Source: Phoronis australis (lineage: Eukaryota > Animalia > Phoronida). From it: a stretch of DNA of 64,000 nt. Shown here one piece after another: positions 1-12,444 of the stretch. The stretch covers positions 186,001-250,000 of the forward strand of contig NMRA01000481.1 of assembly GCA_002633005.1 (NCBI GenBank), read 5' to 3'. The position numbers and the translations under genes were made by a program. Position 1 is the stretch's first letter. Each line of letters starts with the position of its first letter. The notes beneath the pieces are model-generated. The model saw nothing but the letters and a program-made list of their open reading frames with translations. It was not told the origin of the DNA and did no database searches.

Positions 1-819
1 CGTTTTACAGGTTTTGTAGGTCACCTAAAAGCCAATAGTGAGTGAAAACAAGACGAGTTTTTGACCTAGCTAAAATTGATGGTGGAACGGGAAGATTACA
101 ATATAGGTCATTTTCCAGGAAATAGGTTATTGGACCCCAACATGTGTCTTAGTAATTGTTAACTGTCTTGTCACCATGTGAACGTTCAACGTAGGGCAGA
201 AAAAATTGCTGTCTGCCTGCATGTGAACGCTCAACAGAGAGGAAGGCAGGTGGTAGTTTTGCAGGTTGTGGACTCTTGCAATTATTTTTGTACTATGTAT
301 CAGTATTGAACTGTAGTTGTTTGGTTTAACCCAGTTACTGCAAAGTTGAATTATATCTGTATTCAGCTTCAGTNCCTGAATAAACAGTGAACTGATGTCG
401 GTCTTTGTATGCTCCCTCGGTCTTTGACTCCACATACTTGTCGGAACAACATAGAATTCTGGCCAATTTTTGCAGGTTTTCATCTCATCCTTGAAGAACA
501 GCTTCTTGGCTTGTCTGGTTTAAATTAGAATAAATTGTGGGCACGAAAATTTGAGATACCGACTTTTAATATTGTTAAGTTTTATTACAAAAATTCATTG
601 CACGACATCAGGGCTCAATGGTACAAGTTAATGCGGTAGAAAGTGAAGAGGGCGAGTCAAATTTCCTGGTGAAATCAGGATCAAAATGAGTACTGGAGCA
701 TCATGGGCTTGGTGCTGATTTTTGACATAGAAAATGTAATTTTCAAGTGGGAAATTGTTAAAAACATGAGAAATTGTAGGAATGTGTTTTTCATCATTTC
801 ATTACACGCGAAGCACATC

Positions 820-1032
820 ATCACACTGGCTTTAGTGATCACACTGGCTTTAGTGATCACACTGGCTTTAGTGATCACACTGGCTTTAGTGGTCACACTG
901 GCTTTAGTGCTCACACTGGCTCTAGTGGTCACACTGGCTCTAGTGGTCACACTGGCTCTAGTGGTCACACTGGCTTTAGTGGTCACACTGGCTTTAGTGG
1001 TCACACTGGCTTTAGTGGTCACACTGGCTTTA
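820..1032. repeat. 18-bp tandem repeat, ~12 copies of TCACACTGGCT(T/C)TAGTG(A/G)
   Basis: Directly visible. It explains ORFs 681..1022 ((TTKASV)n) and 703..1122 ((TLALVV)n). Confidence 0.97.
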
Positions 1033-2243
1033 CTTGTAGAGTTATTGGGTCTGCGCTACGCAACCATAGTTTTGCCGACTATTTCAGTCATGGACCCATC
1101 AAGTTGCATTTCGCTCTGTTAAGTTGACGGAAGAAAACGAAATTCTAATTCGACTTTTTACTCTCGTTAAATAGATCTCGTGATATTCATTGTCGTAATA
1201 ACCAGATTACTTTTTCATAACGAACCCTGTCTCTGAGTCATAGGTAGGCGTACCCGCGCTTTCTGCAAATTTCAATGGCTGTCCAATCCTGGTGTACTCC
1301 TGGGCTGGGTTGCATAAAACTTCAAAATTATCCACTGGATAAGTTTGATTGTTGCATGACGTCAGGTGCATGGTTCAAGAATGACAACGTGCGACGTCAT
1401 TGTTCAAGTGCTATACGGCGTATAACTTTTATGCAACTGAAGTGCTTTATTGAGTCGCTGTTGCTTTTGATTATCCCGTTGGTAACGGAAATAAACTCCT
1501 TTCGCAGTAAGAAACATTACCGGACCGATTTTATTAGAGTACAAAGAATTAATTTTATTTTTCGTTTTAGAGGGGCGGAAATGCAACCGTTCGTAAAAGA
1601 GTTACTTCACTGACATTGTTAAAAGTCATGTTCAACTTGCATCAAAATTGATTGAAACCTCAATTTCTTGCAAAGCTCTCTTGTAATAGGCAACAATCGA
1701 TTATCATGCAGTGTTGCGTTGCACAAAACGACTTATCCGTTGCGTAGATAAGTTCGATTGTTCCATGACGTATGCATTATAGTTAAAGACGTAACGCGGC
1801 GCGTGATAATGCAGCGTCATCGTTGCTAGCCATTGTATAACTTGTGTAAACCAGAAAGCAATATTTTCCCAAATTTCATCAACGTGTGTCAAAATGCACC
1901 AAAAAGTTAACACCTAGACTTACTTCAGATTGACAAAAATCATCTTTGTTTTGGAGAAATATCTAGATTTTTCCGAATTCCAATTTGAATCAAAATTCCT
2001 TGAACAAACATTAGTTTCTTACATGATTTGCTTAAAATTGGAAGAAAGTCATTGATGCACGATAAATTTTACAGAAAGCAAATCGATCCTGTACATTTTC
2101 TCGTTTACATCAACCCAATGGGGTGATACGCACCTTCCTTGTTTTTTATATGTTGAGCTACAAGAATCAGTTCTTCGTATTTTGCAGTTAGAGAATCATT
2201 CGGTTCTACAGGGCATGCGAACAAATGCCTGACCCTGGGTATC

Positions 2244-2640
2244 TGTGCCTAGTCGTACGAAACACTCTCAAATAGGGACCATTGTGTATTCCCAAACTTT
2301 CCAACCACATTTTTGGTGACTGATGCAAGTATTCTTTCTAATACTGTTTTCTTAATTACTAAGTTACCCTTTACCTCTGATACCCAGACCGATAGTGAAC
2401 TTCCCGTTGAATTCTCAATGTTATTGAAAATAAACAGGGACCACTAATTAAGAACTAAGACTCTACTTAAATTTCATTGATATAAGGGTTCGGTTTTTCA
2501 CATGTATGTCATTAGTCAAAGGTCTCGTCATAAATATAAATCGATGAATAATATATCATTTTAGTTAACAAAGACACAAGCGCACCGAAGATTTAAGGAA
2601 CTTAGCGGAGTCCCTATAATCATGGGACCGATTCATGCTG
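2244..2640. mobile_element. Degenerate non-autonomous element (MITE-like), same family as 30013-30441
   Basis: Shares CAAATAGGGAC near the left end and GGAACTTAG..AGTCCC near the right end with the 30 kb copy. Boundaries are approximate. Confidence 0.55.
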
Positions 2641-4357
2641 ATAAATTTTCAGAATTTATGATTGTTGACGTGACTCTGGCGCACTCCACCGAGTGGTAGT
2701 TTCTGCTTAGGCCATTTCAACTTAAGTATTACGATCAGTTGTCTAGAATATAAATTCAAGACAAATGCGATTCATTGAAAATGGTCTTAACAGTCCAAAT
2801 TTAAGTTATCGTGGAGAACAGTGATTTTCTGAGATTAACTTTAACGCCGAGTTGACCCTGCAACCCCCGAAGTCGCAATATACCGGGGATTTCCGATAAT
2901 TGGCCCATTCAAATTTTCGAAAAAATATCCAAAAATTACTATTTTCGGTAAATGTTTGCATGCGTTGAAAATCTGATGGATTGTTCTAAAATACCGTCTA
3001 ATGTTTCGATATAAAATTTTGCTTATTTTGGTGAGACGTTACATTTTTGGATCGGGATTTAACTTAGCTGACTACCATTTGACGAGATGACGATGACCTT
3101 GTTGGTAAATAACCGTATTAGCAAAAGAGGGACCGTTTTGATGGCAGTTTCCGAAAATACCCACCCTCCTTCCGAAAATGCGCCCGGGCGTTTATTCGGT
3201 TTCATTTGACGTTTGTGAAAGGTCATATTCCGAATATCTACCCATGAGCTTATTTTCGAAAATGCTCGGTAACGCTTTGCTTCCTGAGCGCAACTCTGCA
3301 GTGCAAGATTGACGGCAGAGTGATTTTAAACGTATTGAACTGGTAAAGACACCACCTTTGATTTCAATGAATGTCTAGTAGACGACTTCGAGCATTGGCC
3401 ATTTGTAATTAAATATAAAAAACAATGGATTTTGTTACGTTGTTTTATAGATCAGTCAAAACTTCAAGCAGTCTACTCCTCCTACAATAATCTCCAAAGG
3501 CCTTTTCAGCCGCAAAACCGACGATTTACCTTAAAAGCTACATTTGTTTTTTCTACCTAAAATGTAAATAATATATTACACACACAAACGATGTCTCATA
3601 CCGTTCAACACCATGATAAAATTGAATTTCCTATCCAAGCATGATACAACAAAAAGTGTAGAAGGACATCACTCCTTTGGCTTTCGACGGGGTCCGCGAC
3701 CAACCCGTTCAAAACTTGCCCGTTCCAACGAAATCACAAGCAGGTGACCCGTCATTTTCTTTTCATGGTAAGGTAATTTCTTCAGACAAATTTGACGAGA
3801 TTTGATTTCGTGTTTTCATTGTTGAGGTCGTACAAAGAATGACATGAACGTTTAAATGTCTTGTTCTGAAACAGCGAACCACCGTGAATCACGTATTCTA
3901 CGACGTTCTTTCATAACCATTCGTTTTTCTTAAAACCATTTTCTATCAAAATAAGACAAATCCCTGCCAGATATATGTCAAATTTTGGGAATTTCCTACT
4001 GAATACATACACGTATGAATGTTCATTTTTCGAAACCAATAACAGAAGATTCAATTGAATCACTTTTCTGAGTCGTCAGGAAGAACACGAAAATTCCACT
4101 TTAATTTAATTATAACGTCATTAGTGGATTAACATTCAATCAATGTTCACCTCTCTACTTAGAAGAGTACAAACTTCTGCAATAACATAAGTTATGTACT
4201 ACGCGTATATTTAGATATGCTGTAGAATAAATATCTAGGTTCTTAAAAGTGTTGTTCGATAAATCGAGAGCTCGTGGTTGAATGAGCGACCCCAACGTCG
4301 CTTCTTATAACTATTCATATATTATGCCTAGTTAGCCCGTTGAACTATTTTTGTTTC

Positions 4358-4499
4358 CAAGGGCGGATCTAGGATTTTGAGTTGGGGGACAGTGTATGAG
4401 CCAGGATTTTTCCCGTCAGATCATTCGCACCTCCGAACTGCCAAATGGAATCTGAAATAATTTTAGGGGGGGCATGGACCCCCTCTGAATCCGCCACTG
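4358..4499. mobile_element. Short MITE with CA(A/G)NGGCGGAT terminal inverted repeats
   Basis: Left end CAAGGGCGGATCT; right end GAATCCGCCACTG (reverse complement CAGTGGCGGATTC). Flanked by the direct repeat GTTTC (4353-4357 and 4500-4504). Confidence 0.7.
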
Positions 4500-5029
4500 G
4501 TTTCGCTCACGCTCTCGCACCTTCAACGCTTTGAAAGTTAGTAGTTTTAAAATAGATTTTATGTATCAACTTTTCGTCGTCGGGCGCACGCGTTTCTATA
4601 CCAAAAAATCGTATACACAAGAGAAAAATACGCCATAAATTATTTGAAATAAAACGTTTCACGTGGAGGTGACATTCAGTAATGGAAGCAAACTTAATTT
4701 CAAGTAAAGACTATAGCACCTCGACATGGCTGGCTACGAACAGTTTTTTGCATGTGGTCGGGTAAAACTGGCGGGTATACAATTAAAGAACACGGGAAAA
4801 GATTAACAAGTAACTATTATCCAGATTTCGTTGACTCTGAGGATTAAATAAATTCAAGCGATCATTTTTTATAATACAACTACTAGTTTCTAATACGTTT
4901 ACGATGCAACTACCAGTCGCAATAACCTGGCTTACGACACTAAATTCGACAATCTTGAATAATCCTTACTCAGTAACACTTTTCAACCTGAAAAGCACGT
5001 CTTCATGTTCAAGCTGGCTATTACCATTT

Positions 5030-5690
5030 AAGCTTTTTTATCCAATATTATTCAAGCTCGGTCAATAATATTCAAGCTCGACAATATTCCAGCGTTTGTC
5101 CTACCACATTTGTCATTCTGGTTAAGGACGTTCAAGGAAACTAATTTTCCATTTTATTTTCGGAAAGCGTGTTGCTCAAGCTTAAAAATGGCTGTCCTTG
5201 CTCTTTATGTTAAACATAATCGTGTTACTGAGGTACGAGAATTCAAAAAATTTCCCTAAACCTGTTGACGCAAAACCGTCCGTGTGAGTAGGCCTACCAT
5301 TCTTTTGACAGAAACGAAAGTTGAATCTATCAAGTGAATGACCAAAATTAAAGGTTAACATCAATTTGTAAAGTCTTTAGTCATAATATGATTTCGCATG
5401 ATGAAATGTCAAGTGTCCTTTTAAATTTAATACCTTGTACCAGCATTGCCATGTTACACAGTTGTTCGCTCAGGTGGTAGTTATTCACTATACTGTCGAC
5501 CGGCAAGCTTATTCCAGCTTGGATAACAATGGTTCAGAGTTCAATACTGAAAAAGGTGACCTGCCCAAAAACTTTATTAAATTTCACGCCATGCCTGTAC
5601 GTTTCAGACTATTATTATTGAGTAACATCAGCAAGAGAATGAGAAAACACATGGTTAGAGAAAAATATCAAATAAGTAGACGTATGTCCC
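5030..5690 (+). repeat. Dispersed repeat family with a ~20-bp internal tandem cassette (copy 1, interrupted)
   Basis: CCAATATTATTCAAGCT units at ~5040-5090, then ACTGAAAAAGGTGACC (~5546) and GAGAAAAATATCAAATAAG (~5658). These blocks are shared with the copies at 11.8, 32.1 and 44.6 kb. Confidence 0.6.
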
Positions 5691-6089
5691 AACAAGTTTA
5701 AATAAGCTTGCTCAAAGTTGTGCAAAGTAGTGCACACATTCAATTGGTGATTAATGGGATGGGTCCAATTGTGGGACATAACCACACAGGGTGTATGCAG
5801 AGGGCACCAGGCCACCTGCCTATACATTTTTAAGGGCTGAAATTTTACGAGCTTGATCTGAAGAAATCAAGAACTGCAAGTCCTTCCCAACCCCAGAGAT
5901 ATTGTTGAGTCAAGGCAAGACGGTAACTGGACCAAATGAAAACTTGCTTCTTGACAAGAAAGCAAGGGTTTAATGCCACTTTAAAGATTTTTATATCTCC
6001 ATTTTTCAAGGTGAGTCAAGACAAAAATGCATTCTCCATAGTAGTGAATGTTAGACTAATAAACAAAAAATACAACACCTGTCGACATA

Positions 6090-6095
6090 TTTATT
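6090..6095 (-). terminator. CECR2: Probable polyadenylation signal (AATAAA) of CECR2
   Basis: TTTATT on the + strand, ~1 kb past the stop codon, followed on the minus strand by a G/T-rich tract. Confidence 0.55.
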
Positions 6096-7078
6096 GTTGT
6101 TTCATATAACTTAACAGGCAGATGGTGCGAAAACGTACAAAATATAAATTTGTATTATCAACAGCTATTACCAGTTCTCCACAAAAGGCAAACACTTCAT
6201 AAATTAAAACACAGTACGCTACAATCTTCTACAGCGAGGTCTAACAGGGAGACAAAGGGTTAATGAATATGTCTTCACACGCGGCTATTTCAATACAGGC
6301 ATGCGAACTAACAATTTCTTCCTATGACATATAACACAATACCTTCTCAGCAGGTATTGATTAATGAAAACCTGTTAACGGTGGCAACAGAGTGAATGAT
6401 GGATGGATGGAATGATGAAAAAATCGAACGCATGACGACAAGACAAGACACACATCAAAGCTAACATGTGATGCTAGCAAAAGCTAATAATTATCCCGGC
6501 ACACAGAATCATGGCTAACAGGATATGTCACACATAATCCGAGAGACAGTGAGTGCAAACAAAATTGCCCATCGTGACACCGGAAAATGAGCGGAAGTTA
6601 CCGGTAGAGGATTTCAGACATGCCATCACCCACAATAATGGGGAAAAAGAAATCTGAAAAATTGCCGCAACTAGTGAAGTTGTAGGCAAGACACTTAGAT
6701 ATCGTTTTCTGTTTATGGTTCAACTATTGGTAAGATTTACACAGACAGAAATGAGAAAACCTCAATCAAATTATCAACAAAACAACTACGAGACAATAGA
6801 GTATGACAGCAGCATTTGGATTTCAATCACAACAGAACAATTGTGACACACCAACCACAGTCCTCTTTGAATAATAAGACAACTTACACAAAAACAACAG
6901 CAACAAAAAAGACATCTGAGAGAAACACTGTTCTGACAAATATACCCTTAAATCACGGCGTGTTTATCCCATTGCAAAAAGTATTCAGCCGTTGTACTGG
7001 TGTTATGGAAACTTAAAGAAACTAATATCTTGGAATCCAGGCTGCCACTGAACGTTTTCTTTAAGAAAACACGAGTCA

Positions 7079-7191
7079 TCAAGAGGCACTGGTACTTGGA
7101 ACATCTGCAAAGAAAGCAGACGGCATGACGCAACAGCTGAGTTTCGCAAAGCCACAGCAACTGGGCTCCACAGGCTGATGACTGCTGCCCT
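7079..7191 (-). CDS. CECR2: CECR2 probable terminal coding exon, with two in-frame acceptors (7191 or 7104), ending ...VPSTSAS*
   Basis: Both acceptors (ctgttcctttag| and ctttctttgcag|) are phase-1 compatible with the donor at 7750. TGA at 7081-7079. No homology support. Confidence 0.5.
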
Positions 7192-7749
7192 CTAAAGGAA
7201 CAGGGACCAAATACACTACTGACCAAAATCACAAATAGCGTATTCATTAAAGCTACATGCTTTGAGCCCATTTTCGATCAAACCTAATTTTTCACTTACT
7301 AGCCTCATTACTAGAACTTGTGTCAACCTCTTTCTGACTCAGATTAGGCTAAGGAATAGCCGGAATTTCGTAATTACTTGAGCCCTGGCTCAATGAAATG
7401 TCTTGCTATGCGGAGTCATTTTATTTGTTGAGCACTATCTTAAATATGGAACTGTCACTTCTTCCAATCCCAAAAATTAACATGTGATATGAGTAAGGAA
7501 TACTTTCGTAATCGTGAGTGCCCCTCATCAAAAGTCAGCTTCTTTGACATAAGGCAAGCTTGCATAAGCTTTAAGTTAAAAGTTGCTTACTTTGAAGTGG
7601 ACAAGTTCTGCTCAAAAGCTACCATAATACGATACTTAAAAACAAGGCTGGCATCCGCAACAACATCTAAAACCTTTGAGAACTGAATAAAGGGCAATTT
7701 TGGCAATTTGTAGGTGACACTATAACTGATGTATTCAAGCAAAACTCAC

Positions 7750-7885
7750 TTGGTAGATGTCCATTAGAACCGTTGACAACATTCAGTTGTGAAGCCGTGG
7801 TACCCGTTGGCGTAGCAACCTGAGCTAGTTGACCACCAGGGGTCAGATTGAGCTGTATCCTTGACTGACCTTGAAGTTGTTGTTG
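7750..7885 (-). CDS. CECR2: CECR2 exon (QQQLQGQSRIQLNLTPGG...NGHLP)
   Basis: ttgttgacag acceptor and gtgagt donor; phase 0 to 1; open frame with composition like the preceding exon. Confidence 0.8.
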
Positions 7886-8009
7886 CTGTCAACAACAGAA
7901 TATAACATTAGGCACTAGACTTCAGAGGACAGTTCAATCAAAGGTCTGATGCGCTGTCATGGTTACGACAGCTGCAGGGGTGTCATTGTGAATGTGATGC
8001 TTATTTTAA

Positions 8010-8502
8010 GGTAATGAAGGACTCCAGAAAAATGTCCAAATATGGCCGACTACGGAACATCATATCTCATGTAAAACTTTGCATAGAACGCTTCATGCAC
8101 TGGTCTCCAATATGCTGTTAAGAATTGTTTTCTCAAATTTCCACTTTGTACGAGGGTTAATAAAAACAAGACTTTTAGTAGTTTTGTGAAAAGAATAAAA
8201 AAACTGCATCATACAAAAATGAAAGAATAACTTAGAAAACCGTAACAGCTTTTTGGACATGTTATTGATTGATACAACTATTTTGCTATCAATTTACCTT
8301 TCTTTTTTGCTAAATTTTACTAAAAAAATAAAAAAATATGGTCACGTAACCCAATTTATGACAGACTGGTAGAAAGTCAAAAATAAAATTCTACCAGCTT
8401 TCTACTTTGAAAAATATATATATACTTTTACCGAGTTAAAATCTATAATTTCGTAGATATTTAGCTAAATACATGAATTTGTCGATAAGGCACAACACAA
8501 CC
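8010..8502. mobile_element. Non-autonomous DNA transposon remnant with TTAA-like flanks (Kolobok/piggyBac-like ends); related copy at ~58150-58567
   Basis: TTAA|GG...CC|TTTAA. GGACTCCAGAAAAATGTCCAAA matches the reverse complement of ~58535-58556. The superfamily call is inference. Confidence 0.55.
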
Positions 8503-9030
8503 TTTAAAATGAAACACTGTAACTGACATAAACATAACTAGAGATTCTTCATGAGCATTACATCTAACCTCCCAAATCATTTTCAATGACGTACTTGCCA
8601 GTGAGATTCAAGACGCGCCCGTCTTAGCTTAGACCAGACCCTTTGATGAAACAGGACCCAGAATAACTGTCATAATCTACGAGTTTGCAAGCAGAGATGC
8701 AAGATTTTGGTATGGCACTGGAACCAGACCTTATTGTTTGGCATAAAGACGGGCAGCAATAATCGACCAAATCATGGAATTTCCCTAAGCTCACAGGACC
8801 ACTAAATATTTGATTTCATTGGCAGTAGATATCTACCAACAAAACATACATCACTTCCCCATTACTGGGACCAATTCACAACACACACCCAGTAAAAAAC
8901 TATCACTGCCTTGGATGAGAAAAGTTCAACTTTAGTACCTTCCTCACAACTATAAGTCAGAACTATTTCTATGCACAAAGCTTCAATAAACGACCACTAA
9001 TTCAACAAATATTACAAATCATTCACTCAC

Positions 9031-10647
9031 CTGCAAATTAGCCATGATTTGTTTGTACAACGGATGACTGGCAGTGAGACGGATCACCTGACCCTGGGGC
9101 ATGGGCTGAGAAGTGGACTGACCGAGCTTGATGACCGGCGGACGCTGGACATTAGACGCATACAAGCCACGTGGGAGGTGCTGGGCAGGGTTTTGTACAG
9201 AAGAAGGTTGAACCGTACTGGTGAGACGAGCAGTACTCTGTGATGTGGGTTGAACAAATTGCCGATGTGAATTCTGTGTTGACGAAACACCCACCAGGTG
9301 GTGCTGATTCGTGTTTTGCACCGTTCCCAATTGTAACGTATTGGCTGCCCTAGAACCTACTGCCTGCGATCTAAGCAGTCCACGAGTATCAGGAGGGTGA
9401 CCATTCTCTAGACGTCTGTCTAGCGTATGCATCTTGACCTGTTCAGTTGTAACACTGGGCTGAGGCAACAACAATGAAACCGATGATGATAATGGCGTTA
9501 AGTTGTGACCCGATGGCGAAGCCAAAATTACGTCACCGCAGGTACGAGGGACTTTAGTAGTGACACCTATACTTGTACTATCCCTATTCTCGTGCAATCT
9601 CTTCATACCCTGGGTACCGATATCTAGTGGCCCATTGAGAATCGAACTATTGTTCAAATTAGAAGTGGAGAAACTCGACTGTGGTGTTTCTTGAACAGCC
9701 TGAGCATTCGATGAATTGTTTTGATTTCGATCGCCAGGGGGCGAGTCGTTTGCTGATTCTGGCTCACCAGGCATTCGTATCACTTCCTGTTTGCCGGAGC
9801 TGGAAATTTTCAGCAGGACCTCACTCACCCGAGGTGAACCAGCATTATTAGTCAGAGATTCACGACCTGAGCCAACAGTGAGAGATGTCTGGCATAAGAG
9901 ATCAAGGTTTGATGGTTTAACACCCAAGGTCGTTGCCGATGCCGGTGCCGAGTTCCTGGCTAACACAGTGACCCCTTGTGGCTGCGACTGTACAAGTTGC
10001 CCTTGCGAGGACATCACCAGGATTGACTTGTTCGTATTTTGAACAGACTGGGTTGAAAGACTTGGGGCGTTCGATTTTGCTGATAAGACAACAACTTTCT
10101 GGCCAGTCATGCCCGGTCGCGTGTACTGTAAGAGCTTGTGTTTTGGACCAGGATGTGCCAAGTTCGGCACTGGTGATGCCTGTGCCACAAATTGTGACGT
10201 CGGCAATGAAGTATGCGTAGCTTGAGATACTACGGCAACCTGAGGTGATTGACTTCCCAAATTCCTAACTCCGGGCCGTAAAGTCGATTCGGTGACCTGC
10301 TGTGGCATTACTGATGACGGCATTGTATTAGCGCTGACCTGTATCACTACAGGTTGTGCCGACACGTTTACACGAGACCCGAGCCCACTAGGTTGGCCAG
10401 TCTCTGACTTCACGCTGAACTTCTGCACAGTGACAGGAATGGTTGCAGCTTTATTAGCATTACCCGCCCTGGGCAAGTAGCCAATGAGGGCCTCGGTTGA
10501 CAGTGGGTTCAACCTCGGTCTCGTGCTCGTTGAGTCGCCCGCACCCAGCTCGCCTTTCAATGGAGCCACCTTGAACCTCTGTGATGCGTACTTAGGACTC
10601 GGAGACGGAGTTTCGTCCTGGCTGAATGGACTGTTACTACGTGAACT
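9031..10647 (-). CDS. CECR2: CECR2 large exon, 539 codons, S/T/Q/P/V-rich disordered region
   Basis: Contains ORF 9019..10569. Acceptor ctctcgttccag| is in frame (phase 0); donor CAG|gtgagt. Confidence 0.9.
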
Positions 10648-11459
10648 CTGGAACGAGAGTGCAATCTTGTCAATACTGTTAATATTAACTTATGATGGAA
10701 TGCAGGATCTGTCGCAACTTCACGATCAAATTCACTTTTCACACACATGATGAATCCTGATACAAAGTCTATTTTGTTTGGTCATAACTTAAAACAAAAG
10801 ATTTTTGTACGAACTCATATCAACCAAAATGTACAAATTCATATTAATGGCTGATATAATTTTTCACGCATGGTTGATCACCAATCAAGATAATTTATAT
10901 GATTTCTTATCACTGGGCAATGATAAATGATCAAGAGGTTTTCCATGAATAATCCTAATGTATGATGATCAGACTGACATGAAACTGATGATCATTCATT
11001 GTCAACCTGGCACGAATTGATATCAACCAAAATGGGGGTGTTTATTACTGAAATGTAGAACCATCTTGGATTTTTAGCCCTTAATTTAGGCAATGATCAA
11101 CATTTTATTTTTCAACATTATGACATTTAGACAGCGTTAACGCAATCGCGATTGAATGAAGATATTCTCAAATCTTAAGAATTTTCATCACAGTCTGTCA
11201 TCGAACCAAGTCAACAATTAAACCCGTGTTCCAAATTGTGAGAGGCCACGAAAATCCAGTCTCTGTCATTTTCAGTGTACACAATACAGAAGATTGTCGA
11301 ATATCAGTAATATTTATGACATGCCTTTCCAAACTATAAGCATGAAATAGATGGCATAATGATGTCTAGTTAATTTCTAGTCTGGGATTCAATTTTTTGA
11401 AAAAAGTGCTCCTCCAATTCCTAGTGCGTATAATCAAAATAATTGCAGCAATGACCCAC

Positions 11460-11665
11460 CGCTAACACGTCTTCAGCCGCGTAGCGCAGAGTCTCTAAGG
11501 CCCGACTACTGGCTGCACGCTGGGGTCGGTACTTTTTGTGTAGTATACTGGGTTCGCCCTGCTCAGCACGGAACTCCTCGTCACTTTCACACTCCTCCAA
11601 CGGGAGGTACCTGTTGACGGTCTTGTAGAGAAATTTTTGCACGGAGCGCGCCATTTCCGTGTAAT
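11460..11665 (-). CDS. CECR2: CECR2 exon, bromodomain C-terminal helix and linker (DYTEMARSVQKFLYKTVNRYLP...)
   Basis: Canonical splice sites, phase 1 to 0; resembles the end of the CECR2 bromodomain. Confidence 0.92.
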
Positions 11666-11759
11666 CTGCGAAAACAAAACGAATATTGACAGAATACAAC
11701 AGAGAATTTTAATAGTGAAGCAAAAACTAATCTGAAGACAAATCAACACAAAATTCATC

Positions 11760-12110
11760 AATCTTGAATAATCCTTATTGGCAATATTAATAAAGCTGTC
11801 AACCATTTTCAACCTTGGCCAATATTATTCAAAGTTGGCCAATAATATCTCAGCTTTTAAGGCCTACCTTACTCAAGGTTCCACGCCAAGATTATAGAGT
11901 AATAGTTACCAAGAATCATAATTTTCCAAGCTTGGAATTCAGCACTGAAAAAGGTGACCGGACTAACAAGCTTATTCAAGATTTTTTGACAAGCCTGATT
12001 TACCTTAGTTACCAGTAGTATTTTTCATGCTTACCAAGCAATGGTTAGTAATGGAGCAAGGAAATTTGAGCTTGGAGAAAAACATCAAATAAGGTAACGC
12101 ACCATTAAAC
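11760..12110 (+). repeat. Dispersed repeat family with a TTGGCCAATATTATTCAA cassette (copy 2)
   Basis: TTTTCCAAGCTTGGAATT is shared with ~32432; GACAAGCCTGATTTACCTTA is shared with ~44750. Confidence 0.7.
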
Positions 12111-12317
12111 TTGTCTTTTAAGCTGGGCAAATTAAGGTAAAGACTTTTCTTATAAAATGGTGCCATTTCCAGCCTTGCGTAATGTGAATCATTGAATTTG
12201 CGATGTAAAGCAATGCTTCAGTAAATCTGACCAAGTTTCGATTATATTTTAGATGTGTACGGCGTTCAAATTTCAGGCGATACACCTTCACCATTTGACT
12301 ACGGACTGAACACTCAC

Positions 12318-12444
12318 CACTATCGGGACCATTGTACATCCGACAATTCTCAAAGATCAGCTCAAAATCTTCAATGAAACTTCGGCGCGATTTGTAATCC
12401 CGGTCCGTCAGCTTTTTTTCTATTGTAGATAAGTCCATAGGTGT
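12318..12444 (-). CDS. CECR2: CECR2 exon, bromodomain core (TPMDLSTIEKKL...FIEDFELIFENCRMYNGPDS)
   Basis: PMDL and NCxxYN bromodomain signatures, including the acetyl-lysine-binding Asn; AG/GT sites, phase 0 to 1. Confidence 0.97.

Noticed and set aside
820-1032. CRISPR-like array
   Set aside because: The units are contiguous with no unique spacers, there are no cas genes, and the context is eukaryotic.
703-1122. Hydrophobic 139-aa ORF resembling a membrane protein
   Set aside because: It is a by-product of the 18-bp tandem repeat, with no splice or homology support.
9049-10750. Several short ORFs overlapping the large CECR2 exon
   Set aside because: They are shadow frames of a GC-richer coding exon.
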